From assembly GCA_963798845.1 (NCBI GenBank), contig CAWCUS010000001.1:768001-832000 (forward strand): DNA of 64,000 bases, in the 5' to 3' direction. This stretch comes from an uncultured Gemmatimonadales bacterium (GTDB lineage: Bacteria > Gemmatimonadota > Gemmatimonadetes > Longimicrobiales > RSA9). The notes beneath the pieces were generated by a model, which made no database searches, was not told the DNA's origin, and saw only the letters and a list, made by a program, of their open reading frames with translations. This document shows, one piece after another, positions 29,816 to 39,242 of this stretch. The position numbers and the translations under genes were made by a program. How positions within the stretch are numbered: position 1 is the stretch's first letter; every line of letters starts with the position of its first letter.

Positions 29816-29960
29816 CCCGCCCCGGCGGCGCTTCACCCGCGCCGGCGGCGCCTCACCCGCCCCGGCGGCGCTTCACCCGCGCCGGCGGCGCCTCACTCTC
29901 CCCGGCGACGCCTCAGCCGCCCCGGCGGCGCCTCAGCCGCCCGGACGACGCCTCAGGCGC
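29816..29960. repeat. Intergenic tandem repeat, ~7 copies of a 20-bp unit (SCCGGCGGCGCYTCACCCGC)
   Basis: Read directly; the first four copies alternate two variants and later copies diverge. Confidence 0.9.
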
Positions 29961-29971
29961 CGGCGTATCCT

Positions 29972-31420
29972 TCAGCCGCCCGGCTTCAGGCGCTCGTTGG
30001 CCTGCCAGTCCCCTCTCCGCACCGGGATCTGCATCCCGCCCGTGGCCTCGAGCCGGTCGTAGAGCCGGTCCCGCATCGCCTTCACCGTATCCTGGTAGGT
30101 GGGGACGTAAATCAGGTTGTGCTGCTCCAGCGGGTCGTTCTCCAGGTCGTAAAGCTCGTTCAGGTCCCATACGCCGTGGTACGTGATGTACTTGAAGCGG
30201 TCGCCGCGCAGCGCGAAGGTGGTGGGCGTGTGCGGGAACGCATACTCCCAGTAGTACTCGTAGAGCATCTCCCGCGGCGCGCTCGCCGCTTCACCGCGCA
30301 GGACCGGGAGCACGGAGGCGCCGTCCACTGTCCACGGGATCTTCACCCCTGCGAGCTCCGCGATCGTGGGGGCGATGTCGATGTTGCGGACCATGGCGTC
30401 CGTCGAGGTGCCTGGCGCGATCCACCCCGGCGCCCAGGCGATCATCGGGATGCGGATGGATTCCTCGTACGCGTTCCGCTTGTCGATCAGGCCGTGCTCG
30501 CCCAGGAGGAAGCCGTTGTCGCTCATGTAGAGGACGAGCGTGTTCTTCGCCAGGCCGCTCTTCTCCAGGTAGTCCAGGACCTGCCCGATCGTCCGGTCGA
30601 GGTCCAGCAGCGTCTCGGCGTAGCGGCGGTAGAACTCGTCGAAGTCCATCTGCCCCTGGTACGGGTACGCCACGCCATGCCACCCGTACCGCTGTGCCTC
30701 CACCCAGTGCGGCTTGTCCCGGTAGTTGGACTCGGTGTTGGCCATGGTGGGAGGGTACGGGATGTCCACGCCCGCGTACTTCCCCGAGTCCTGCGGCGAC
30801 GGAACGAACTCGGCGTGCAGCGCCTTGTGGGAGAGCTGGAGGTAGAACGGATGGCTGTCCCCCTTCTGCTGCTCGAGCCACTGGATGGCGTAGTCTGTGA
30901 GGATGTCCGTGGTGTAGCCTTTCGCCTGGACATGGTCGCCGTCCACGTTCAGCGTCGGATCCACGTAGACGCCCTGCCCGGGAAAGCTGACCCACCGGTC
31001 GAATCCGGGCCTGGGGTCGTCGGTGTGCTCGCCCATGTGCCACTTGCCGATGAAGGCCGTGCGCCACCCCGCCTCCTGGAGCAGCTCGGGGAAGGTGTGG
31101 GTCCCGGGCGGGGGCGGTGTGGTGTTGTCCACGATGCCGTGCCGGTGCGCGAGCTGCCCGGTGAGGATGGACGCGCGGCTCGGAGAGCAGAGCGACGTGG
31201 TCACGAACGCGTTCCGTATGTGCAGCCCTCCCGCCGCCATGCGGTCCAGCGCCGGGGTGTGCAGGAAGTCCGGCGCGCCTTCCATGAAGCTCAAGAAATC
31301 GTAGCGGTGGTCGTCGCTCACGATCAGGATCACGTTGCGCGGTTGCGCCTGCGCGCACAGGGGTGAAGCGGCGCCCGCCGTGGCGAGCAGGGTGAGGAGG
31401 CCGGCGGCCGGTCGTCTCAT
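29972..31420 (-). CDS. Secreted formylglycine-dependent (Cys-type) sulfatase, N-acetylglucosamine-6-sulfatase-like
   Basis: Signal peptide; NVILIVSDDH; SLCSPSRASILTG (CxPxR); GKWH; SDNG..LGEHG..DKR; ELYDL..DP.E. Confidence 0.92.
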   Translation of the reverse strand: MRRPAAGLLTLLATAGAASPLCAQAQPRNVILIVSDDHRYDFLSFMEGAPDFLHTPALDRMAAGGLHIRNAFVTTSLCSPSRASILTGQLAHRHGIVDNTTPPPPGTHTFPELLQEAGWRTAFIGKWHMGEHTDDPRPGFDRWVSFPGQGVYVDPTLNVDGDHVQAKGYTTDILTDYAIQWLEQQKGDSHPFYLQLSHKALHAEFVPSPQDSGKYAGVDIPYPPTMANTESNYRDKPHWVEAQRYGWHGVAYPYQGQMDFDEFYRRYAETLLDLDRTIGQVLDYLEKSGLAKNTLVLYMSDNGFLLGEHGLIDKRNAYEESIRIPMIAWAPGWIAPGTSTDAMVRNIDIAPTIAELAGVKIPWTVDGASVLPVLRGEAASAPREMLYEYYWEYAFPHTPTTFALRGDRFKYITYHGVWDLNELYDLENDPLEQHNLIYVPTYQDTVKAMRDRLYDRLEATGGMQIPVRRGDWQANERLKPGG

Positions 31421-33708
31421 GGTCCCTCCAGGCGGAAATGGAGCTGCTGCGTGTCCGCGGAGCTGCCGCCGATGAACACGGTGAACTCGCCGGGCTCGGT
31501 GACGCGGCGCATGTCCGGGCCCCAGAACCAGAGGTCGTCCGGCCCGATCGTGAAGCGCGCCGTCTCCGACTGCCCCGGCTCCAGCAGGATCCTGCGGAAG
31601 CCACGGAGCTCCTGGACCGGGCGGGTGATGCTGGCGACGTCGTCGCGCAGGTACAGCTGGACCACCTCGGCACCGGCGCGCTTCCCCGTGTTCGTCACCG
31701 TCACTTCGACCGTGACGCTGTCCCCCATGCCGATGGCCGGCTGGCTGAGCCGCGGCGTGCCGTATGAGAACGTGGTGTAGCTGAGCCCGTAGCCGAACGG
31801 GTAGAGCGGCGTCCACGGGAGGTCGATGTACTTGGACGTGTAGTGGTTCGCGGAGTCCGGCGGGCGGCCCGTGTTCTTGTGGGCGTAGTAGATCGGGACC
31901 TGCCCCGTCGCCCGCGGGAACGTGATCGGCAGCTTCCCCCCCGGGTTCACGTCGCCGAACAGGACATTGGCCACGGCCGGGCCCATCTCCACGCCAAGGA
32001 ACCACGCCTCCAGCACGGCGGGCGCGTGCTCCGCCAGCCACGGCACCGCCAGCGGACGTCCGTTCATCAGCACCACCACCACGGGCTTGCCGGTGGCGAT
32101 CACGCGCTTGGCAAGCTCCAGCTGACGGCCCGGAAGGTCCAGGCTCGCGCGGCTGTTCGCCTCCGCGCTCATGTTCTCGTGCTCGCCCAGAACCAGCACC
32201 ACTGCGTCCGCCCGGCCGGCCGCCGACACCGCCGCCGCGAAGCCGGTCGTGTCGTCGCCCTGCACGCTGGCCCCGGGCTCGTACACCACGCGGGTCCCGG
32301 GCGCGACCGCGCGGCGGATCCCATCCAGAAGGGTGACCGCATCCTCCGGGCGACCCGCGGCCGCCCACGAGCCGAGGGCATCGCGCGCGTCGTCGGCCAG
32401 CTCACCAATGACGGCGACGGTGCCCGCATCCTTCCGCAGCGGCAGCACGCCCTGGTTCTTCAGCAGGACCATGGACTCGCCCGCGATCTTCCGCGCGAGC
32501 GCCCGGTGGTCCGGCGTGAGCACGTCCGTCGCCACGCGCGTGGTGTCGGTGTAACGGAACGGGTCGTCGAAAAGACCCAGCCGGTACTTGGCGCGCAGCA
32601 CGCGACGCACGGCTTCGTCCACCACCGACTCCGACAGCCTGCCGTCGCGCACCGCCTCCGGTATGTCCTCCAGGTAGATCCGGCTCAGCATGTCGACGTC
32701 CACGCCCGCCCGGATCGCCGCGATCCCCACGTCTTCGTCCGTGGCCCCGATGCCGTGCTCCAGAAGCTCGCGGATGCCGGTGTAGTCGCTGACGACGACG
32801 CCATCGAAGCCCCACTCGTCTCGCAGCACCCCGGTGAGCAGTGCCCGGTTCGCGTGCATCGGCACGCCGGCGATCTCGTTGAACGCGGCCATCACCGACC
32901 CCGCCCCGGCGTCGACGGCCGCGTGGAACGGCGGCAGGTAGACCTCCCGCAGCGTACGCTCGGAGATGTCCGCCACGTTGTAGTCGCGACCGCCCTCCGC
33001 CGCGCCGTAGGCGACGAAATGCTTGGCGGTGGCCATGACCGTGGTGGAGTCCGCCAGGTCGTGGCCCTGAAAGCCGTGGACCCTCGCCGCCGCCATCACC
33101 GAACCCAGGTACGGGTCCTCCCCCGACCCCTCCACCACCCGCCCCCAGCGCGGGTCCCTCGCGATGTCCACCATCGGCGCGAACGTCCACTGGATCCCGT
33201 ACGCCGTCGCCTCCACCGCCGCGACGCGCGCCGCCTGCTCCACCAGCGTCGGGTCCCACGACGCCGCGCTCGCCAGCGGCACCGGGAAGATCGTGCGGAA
33301 ACCGTGGATCACGTCGTGGGCGAACAGGATCGGGATGCCGAGCCGCGTCTCGTGCAGCGCGATCTCCTGGAGCTGCCGCGTCGTCGCCGCTCCGTACATC
33401 CCCAGGAAGGAGCCCACCTTCCCCTCGCGGATCTGCTCCTTCCCGCCCTGGTCCACCTGCGGGCCCGTCTCCCCCCAGCCCCCGTGCCACTGGGTGAGCT
33501 GCCCGACTTTCTCATCCAGCGTCATGAGCGAGATGATCGAGTCGATGAACGCCTCCCGCGCGTCGTCGGCCGGCGACGGGGCGGTGGCCCGGGCGACGCC
33601 GCTTCCGTTCCCGGCTGCGGCTGCGGCCCCGGGGGGAGCGGGCCGCGTGCCCGCCGGTGCGCACGCGGCCGCCGCGAGTGCGGCCAGCGCCAGTGCCACC
33701 CGTCTCAC
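31417..33708 (-). CDS. bglX: GH3 beta-glucosidase (BglX-like) lipoprotein
   Basis: Lipobox AAAC; MTLDEKVGQ; DVIHG; ARDPRWGR..E..GEDP; KHF; VVSDY nucleophile; PGGKLP; PLYPFGYGLSYT; FN3-like C-terminus. Confidence 0.93.
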   Translation of the reverse strand: MRRVALALAALAAAACAPAGTRPAPPGAAAAAGNGSGVARATAPSPADDAREAFIDSIISLMTLDEKVGQLTQWHGGWGETGPQVDQGGKEQIREGKVGSFLGMYGAATTRQLQEIALHETRLGIPILFAHDVIHGFRTIFPVPLASAASWDPTLVEQAARVAAVEATAYGIQWTFAPMVDIARDPRWGRVVEGSGEDPYLGSVMAAARVHGFQGHDLADSTTVMATAKHFVAYGAAEGGRDYNVADISERTLREVYLPPFHAAVDAGAGSVMAAFNEIAGVPMHANRALLTGVLRDEWGFDGVVVSDYTGIRELLEHGIGATDEDVGIAAIRAGVDVDMLSRIYLEDIPEAVRDGRLSESVVDEAVRRVLRAKYRLGLFDDPFRYTDTTRVATDVLTPDHRALARKIAGESMVLLKNQGVLPLRKDAGTVAVIGELADDARDALGSWAAAGRPEDAVTLLDGIRRAVAPGTRVVYEPGASVQGDDTTGFAAAVSAAGRADAVVLVLGEHENMSAEANSRASLDLPGRQLELAKRVIATGKPVVVVLMNGRPLAVPWLAEHAPAVLEAWFLGVEMGPAVANVLFGDVNPGGKLPITFPRATGQVPIYYAHKNTGRPPDSANHYTSKYIDLPWTPLYPFGYGLSYTTFSYGTPRLSQPAIGMGDSVTVEVTVTNTGKRAGAEVVQLYLRDDVASITRPVQELRGFRRILLEPGQSETARFTIGPDDLWFWGPDMRRVTEPGEFTVFIGGSSADTQQLHFRLEGP

Positions 33709-35202
33709 GCGCACCTCCCTTCCAGCCAACCGCCGCGGAAGCCGGCGCGGCAGAGGCCGAGCACCAGGTAAGGGCTCTCGCGCATGACCTTCCACACCAG
33801 GCCGCTCCGGTGGTTCTCGATCATGAGCACGATCGGTCCCTGGTCGATGCCGAGATAGTCGTCATCCACCCACCCCACGCCGGGGACGAGCCTTCCCGCC
33901 GTCGGGGGAGTGTCACGGTAGCTGGGATTGAACGCGTCCAGGAACCCGTAGCGCTGGTACAGCGCCTCGCCGTAGCGGTGACGCATGGCCATGAGCGCCG
34001 GGATCGTGACCTCCGGTGCGAACGGGATCGAGCCGCCCGCCGCCGTGGGCGCGATGGTCCCGTCGTCCCGGATGTCGCCCGCGTCCGCGCCGCGCGCCCA
34101 GTAGGTGTGGAACTGCCGCTCACGCCCGCCCAGGACCAGCGTGGTGTCGTTCGGCCCGTCGGAAGCCGTGAGCCCGAAGATGCGGGGACCGTAGTCCACC
34201 CAGCCGGCCGGGTTGTCCTCCGCGTACGCCTGCTGCGCCAGCGTCGCGCGGCGCGAGTTCTCGAAGTAGTCGATCCCCTTCGAGCGCATGAAATCGTCCT
34301 GGATCCCGCGGAAGTCGATCCAGACGTGGGAGTACTGGTGGCCGAAGAGTGGCGGGAACGGCAGGTGCTCGTAGCCGTAGAACTCGGCCCAGCGGTAGCG
34401 GCTCGTGTAGTGGTCCCAGAATGTCACGCCCCGCCGGGTGCGTGGGGCTGCCGAGCGCCAGGATGTGCAGGATGATGCTCTCGTCGTACCCGGTCCACGT
34501 GGCCTGGCCGAATCCCCGCCCGGCCTCCGGGTGCCACGACATTGTGATCCCGTCCGCGCCTCGCTGCACGAACTGCCAGTCCACCCGCCGGTAGAGCGAG
34601 TCCGCCAGCGTGCGAACCTCCCGCTCCCCCGCGTCATCGCCGTCGAAGTACTGCCGCACGAACAGCACGCCCGCCATGAGCAGGGCCGTGTCGATGGTCG
34701 AAAGCTCCACCGTCCGGTACCGCTCGCCCGTGTCCATGTCCAGGAAGTGGTAGAAAAGGCCACGGTACCCGGCGACGCCCGTCCGCGACGGACCCTGCGG
34801 CGCGCCCAGCAGAAAGCGGAGCGTCGTCAGCACCCGGTCCCTCGCCTGCGTCCGGGTCACGTACCCCCGCTCCGCGCCCACGCCGTACGCGGTCAGGCCG
34901 AAGCCCACCGCCGCCACGCTCGAGAACGTCCTCGCCGGCCAGCGGTCCGGAACCAGCCCGTTTTCCGGGTTCGTCGTCTCCCAGAAGAAGTCGAACGTGC
35001 GGCGCTCCAGGTCCTCCAGGAACGCTTCCTCGGCCGCCGGCGTCTGCTCGGACCGCGCGGCCGCCACGCCCGCGCCGCTCCCCACCGCGCCACCCCGTTC
35101 GCCCCCCGCCCCTGCGCGCTCCGGTCGCGCGCACGCAGCGAGGAGGGTGACGGCGAGCGCCGCCACGGACAGCGGTGCGAAGCGGGGGACGCGTCGGGGC
35201 AT
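33705..35202 (-). CDS. Second GH144 endo-beta-1,2-glucanase lipoprotein; one-base frameshift near 34420
   Basis: N-half (MPRRVP...LAAC...FDFFW...GYDESIILHILALGSPTHP) and C-half (WDHYT...PLFGHQYSH...LGIDQGPI) lie in adjacent frames and join at CATTCT. Confidence 0.85.
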
Positions 35203-35210
35203 CGCTCTCT

Positions 35211-37298
35211 CTACTGCCGCGGCCAGACGTTGTCGGACGGATCCCCGTCGGGGAATCGTCCGTGCGGGTCCAGGATCACCTTTTCCACGCCGCGACCGCC
35301 AAAGTCGAGGACGACCTTGAAGGTACGGGAGCCCGAGAGCCACACGTCCACCGGCCAGCGCAGCTCGTAGCTCTTCTCCGCCACGCGGACGGCGTTGGCG
35401 GGGGCGCGGACGGACGGGCCCTGTCCCGTCAGCTGGACCCCCAGGACGACGGGCGACGGCATCTGCCCGTCCTGGCGGACGGTCACGGTCGTCTTGCCAT
35501 CAGCCGTCGTGACGTCCTGGATGGAGCCGTCCACGGCGTCGGTGGTGAAGAGCCAGTAGTACCAGAACCAGCCCAGGTCGCGGCCGAGTGCGTTGCTCAT
35601 GTAGAACGCGTAGTCCCACGGGCTCGGGTGCTTGAACTTCCACGTGCTGGCGTAGGCGCTCATGGCGCGCCAGACGGCCGTGTCTCCCACCACGCCGCCC
35701 AGGCTGGAGAGCATGAGCGGCGCCTTCTGGTAGGCCTGGAAGCTGTACATGGGACCGGCATAGTTGGACGGCCACATGAGCGGCGGCTCCAGCTCCTGGC
35801 CGCTCACCCGGCCGTACGCCTGGCCGAGCCCGTCCAGCTGCGGCGCCCGCCCCTGCCGGTCGGCCGCGGACAGGATGTTCATGTACTGGTTGAAGCCCTC
35901 GTCCATGAAGCCGTACCACGTCTCGTTGGTGCCCACCATCATCGGCCACCATTCGTGACCCGTCTCGTGGTCGGCCGCGCCGACGCCGGACATGATCAGC
36001 ATCGGGTACTCCATCCCCATCTCCGGGCCGTCCACCATGGACAGGACGGGGAAGCCGTACGGCATCCAGAGCTTCGAGTAGAACTGGAGCGCGTGACGCA
36101 GCACGTCCGGCGCCCGCGTGAAGCGATCCGCGTGGCCGGGCAGATAGAAGATGTTGACCGGCACGCGGCCGGCGCCCGGGATGTCCACGCTGGTGGCGTC
36201 CCAGACATACCGGCTCGATGCGGCCCACGCCACGTCACCCACCGTGTCCGCCACGAAGTGCCAGACCAGTCGGTCCCCGGACGCCGTCGCCTGGCCGGGG
36301 CCCTGCTGCTCCGCCGTCACGATGTGCCGGAGCTCGTCGGAGCTCGCCACCTGCGACAGCCGGTCCCGCACGCCCGAGGCCAGCACCTGCTCGGGGTTCT
36401 GCAGCACCCCGGTCGACGCCACCAGCCACCCCGCGGGCACGTCGATGGTCACGTCGAAATGGCCGAAGTTGTTGTAGAACTCCGCCGGTCCCAGGTACGG
36501 CTCCTCGTTCCAGCCGCGCAGATCGTCGTAGACCGCCACCTGCGGATACCACTGCGCGACCTGGAACAGCGTGTCCGCCCACGCCCCCATCCGCTCGCCC
36601 CGCTCGTTGAACGCACGCGGCACCTGGAAGCTCCACTCCGCCTCCATCGTCCCCTGCCCGTGCGCCGGGATCGCCGACGCCAGCGGCAGCTCCGCCACGG
36701 TCTCCTTGACGGCGTCGGCGATCGGCGTCCCGTAGCGACGCCCGTTCGGCGCGACGTTGGGCCGCGTGGTGTCCGCCAGGTCCACGGCCTGACCGTTCAG
36801 CACCAGCTTTGTCAGCTTCAGCCCCCCCGTCAGCTCCGGCACCGGCTCTTCACGCGGCACGTTCGCCCGGAACAGGTTCTGGTCCAGCCGCAGCACGATC
36901 GTCTTCAGCGACGAGTCGCTCGGGTTCTCGATCACCACTCGCTCGCTCCCCGTGACCGTCCGCGTCGACGGGTCGAGCCGCGCCCGGATCGTGTAGTCCG
37001 TCCACAGCTGCCAGTACTTCGTCCCCGGGGCGCCCGTACTGTCGCGCGTCCCGGCCGCGAACGCGCGCCGGATGTGGTTCGTCAGCGGGATCGTCGTACG
37101 CACCGCGCGCTCCGGCGCAGCCACGGCACCCGTCGGCGCGCCGACCGCCCCCGCAGCCGCGGGCTCCCCACCCGTGGCTGACCGGGCCGGCGACGGCGGC
37201 GTTCCAGGGGCGGGGCGGGGGGCGCACGCCGCAATGGCGAGGAGGCCGGCCAGGATGGCCGCACGGGTCAGGGCGGGACGCTTCACGGGCAGCTCCAT
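35211..37298 (-). CDS. M1 family zinc metallo-aminopeptidase lipoprotein
   Basis: Lipobox IAAC; AQWYPQ; GMEYP; HETGH-x18-E (FMDEG); YQKA; WKFKHP.P.D. Confidence 0.9.
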   Translation of the reverse strand: MELPVKRPALTRAAILAGLLAIAACAPRPAPGTPPSPARSATGGEPAAAGAVGAPTGAVAAPERAVRTTIPLTNHIRRAFAAGTRDSTGAPGTKYWQLWTDYTIRARLDPSTRTVTGSERVVIENPSDSSLKTIVLRLDQNLFRANVPREEPVPELTGGLKLTKLVLNGQAVDLADTTRPNVAPNGRRYGTPIADAVKETVAELPLASAIPAHGQGTMEAEWSFQVPRAFNERGERMGAWADTLFQVAQWYPQVAVYDDLRGWNEEPYLGPAEFYNNFGHFDVTIDVPAGWLVASTGVLQNPEQVLASGVRDRLSQVASSDELRHIVTAEQQGPGQATASGDRLVWHFVADTVGDVAWAASSRYVWDATSVDIPGAGRVPVNIFYLPGHADRFTRAPDVLRHALQFYSKLWMPYGFPVLSMVDGPEMGMEYPMLIMSGVGAADHETGHEWWPMMVGTNETWYGFMDEGFNQYMNILSAADRQGRAPQLDGLGQAYGRVSGQELEPPLMWPSNYAGPMYSFQAYQKAPLMLSSLGGVVGDTAVWRAMSAYASTWKFKHPSPWDYAFYMSNALGRDLGWFWYYWLFTTDAVDGSIQDVTTADGKTTVTVRQDGQMPSPVVLGVQLTGQGPSVRAPANAVRVAEKSYELRWPVDVWLSGSRTFKVVLDFGGRGVEKVILDPHGRFPDGDPSDNVWPRQ

Positions 37299-37448
37299 GC
37301 TGAGGGTTCCGACGACTTCCCCGGTCGAAATAGCGTGTCACGGCCACCGATGCGAGCCGCGGGCCACCCTGCACGACCGGAGACGCGCCTGCCCCGCGGC
37401 ACCGCGGACGCGCCCTGCCCGCGGGACTCGGCACGGCGCGGCTGCGGC

Positions 37449-37538
37449 GGGCTACCGGGGCTGGGGCTACCGGGGCTACCGGGGCTACCGGGGCTACCGG
37501 GGCTACCGGGGCGGCGGGGGCTGCGGGGGCTGCGGGGG
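37449..37538. repeat. Intergenic G-rich 9-bp tandem repeat (GGGGCTACC x~6, then GGGGGCTGC variants)
   Basis: Read directly; it lies just downstream of the stop of the thioredoxin-fold gene. Confidence 0.9.
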
Positions 37539-37540
37539 AA

Positions 37541-38327
37541 CTACTCGGCCTCGTCCTCCCCCGCCTCCCACTCCGCCCGCTCCGCCTCCCGCTCGGCGAG
37601 CGTGGCCAGCGCGTCTTCCGCCGCCTCCGCCACATCCGGGTTGGCGTCGCCGGTGAGACGCTCGAGCACGGAACGGGCGTCGGCGAGGCCAATGCGGCCG
37701 AGGAGGTCGGCCGTGTCGCCGCGTCGGGCGTCGTCCTCCGCCAGCGAGCCTGCGCCTTCCAACCCGGCGATCAATGCCGGGACCAGGGGATCGAGCCCGA
37801 GCGGGTCGTAGAGGAGCGACTCCTCGGCGGCGAGCAGGAGTCCCATCCGGTCCTGGAGCGTGCTCGACACCCACATCTCCAGGAACGCCGCCGTGGCGCG
37901 CCCGTCCGCGAGCCGCTCGGCCGCGTCCGCGTGGCGGCCGCCCTCCAGCAGGGAAGAAAAGACGAGCTTCGCCGCCTCCGGTCCCTGGCGTTCCACGAGC
38001 CGCCGCGCCAGCTCGCGGGGGGCGACCACGCCCGTCATGATCAGCTCGTCGTCGACCACGGTCGTGGGCACCGCGCGCACGTCGTAGCGCTCGGCGAGCT
38101 CGCGCTCCACCGACGCATCCACGATCTCCACCACCACGTGCGGGTTGGCGAGCGCGACGGTCGCGACGGAGCGCAGCTGGTGCGGGCAGACCTGGCACCC
38201 CGGCGCCACGAACAGGAGCACCTCGGTGTCCTTCTCCAGCGCGACCAGCAACGCGGCCAGCGCCTCGACCTCGGCCGGGTCGGCGAGGCCTTCCAGCGTC
38301 TCGAAATCCAGAATGCAGTTCTTCCAT
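37541..38327 (-). CDS. Thioredoxin-fold (CQVC) protein with C-terminal HEAT-like repeat; one-base frameshift near 38312
   Basis: FVAPGCQVCP...YDVRAVPT; RGDTADLLGRIG...D.NPDVAEAA. The ATG at 38327 becomes in frame if one base at CATTCT is removed. Confidence 0.78.
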
Positions 38328-38406
38328 GGCCGCGATAGTAGCCCCGTCCGACCGTGTCGTCGAGTCCCCGGGCCGGAGGCCCCGCACCGCGGTGCAGGGC
38401 GGTGCG

Positions 38407-39069
38407 TCAGCCCGCCGCCGCTCCCGCCGGCGCCATCCGCCCCCGCCGTCTCATCAGCACCACCGCGATGGCCACCACCGCGCTCACGAGCAGCCCCACG
38501 TCCTGCACCACGCCGAACGTGAACACCGCCGACAGGCCGAGCAACGACCACAGCCCGGGGATGACCAGCAGCCACCCCGGCGCGCGTGGGGCCAGCAGGA
38601 GCATGCCGAACGTGTAGATCACGACCGGACACGGCGCGCCGAACGTCGGGCTGTCGAACCATGCGTGGCCGGTGGCCGCACCGAGGACCGGATAGACGAC
38701 CAGGGCGTACAGCAGCATCAGCGCTGCGAGCACGCCCGCGGCGTCGGGTCGCGGAGCGAACTGCACGCCGCCGCGGACCACGCCCACCCACAGGAAGAGG
38801 ACCGCCTGGAGGATGAACAGCAGGCCAAACCCGAGCGCCGCCGGGTTCACCGCGCTGAAATACAGGATGTGGTAGGCGATCCCCGTCCAGGCCCAGAGCG
38901 CGGCCAGGTAGCGCCAGATCCAGCGCGATGTTCGCTGCCCACCGCGGAGCGCGACGCCGATCGCGACCAGCGCGGCCGCGATCAGGACCAGCTGCGCGGG
39001 CCAGACCGAATGATTGTAGGAGGTGAAGACGCCGAAGAACTCTTCGGCCGAGAACGGGACCTTTCCCAT
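38407..39069 (-). CDS. Integral membrane protein, DUF6064-like
   Basis: PFS.EEFF.VF..YN..VWP.Q start, PTFGAPCP motif, about 7 transmembrane segments; family name recalled, not searched. Confidence 0.65.
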   Translation of the reverse strand: MGKVPFSAEEFFGVFTSYNHSVWPAQLVLIAAALVAIGVALRGGQRTSRWIWRYLAALWAWTGIAYHILYFSAVNPAALGFGLLFILQAVLFLWVGVVRGGVQFAPRPDAAGVLAALMLLYALVVYPVLGAATGHAWFDSPTFGAPCPVVIYTFGMLLLAPRAPGWLLVIPGLWSLLGLSAVFTFGVVQDVGLLVSAVVAIAVVLMRRRGRMAPAGAAAG

Positions 39070-39242
39070 GCAGCCTCCCGTGTCGAGGGGATGGATGCAC
39101 CAACATGCGACCCGGTTCCCGCCCTCGCTGTCGGGAGATCTCTGACACCTCCGCCGCTGGATGGCGCGAGCCCCGGAGGCGTCCGCCTCCGGGGCTCACC
39201 CGGCCGGCTCTCAGGCCGGCCGCCGCCGGCCGCCGTGTCCGC

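Noticed and set aside
29816..29960. Possible CRISPR array
   Set aside because: The units are contiguous with no unique spacers, and there are no cas genes.
21152..38315. Programmed ribosomal frameshifting at the three CATTCT sites
   Set aside because: The motif lies in different codon phases and there is no slippery run or shared stimulatory structure.
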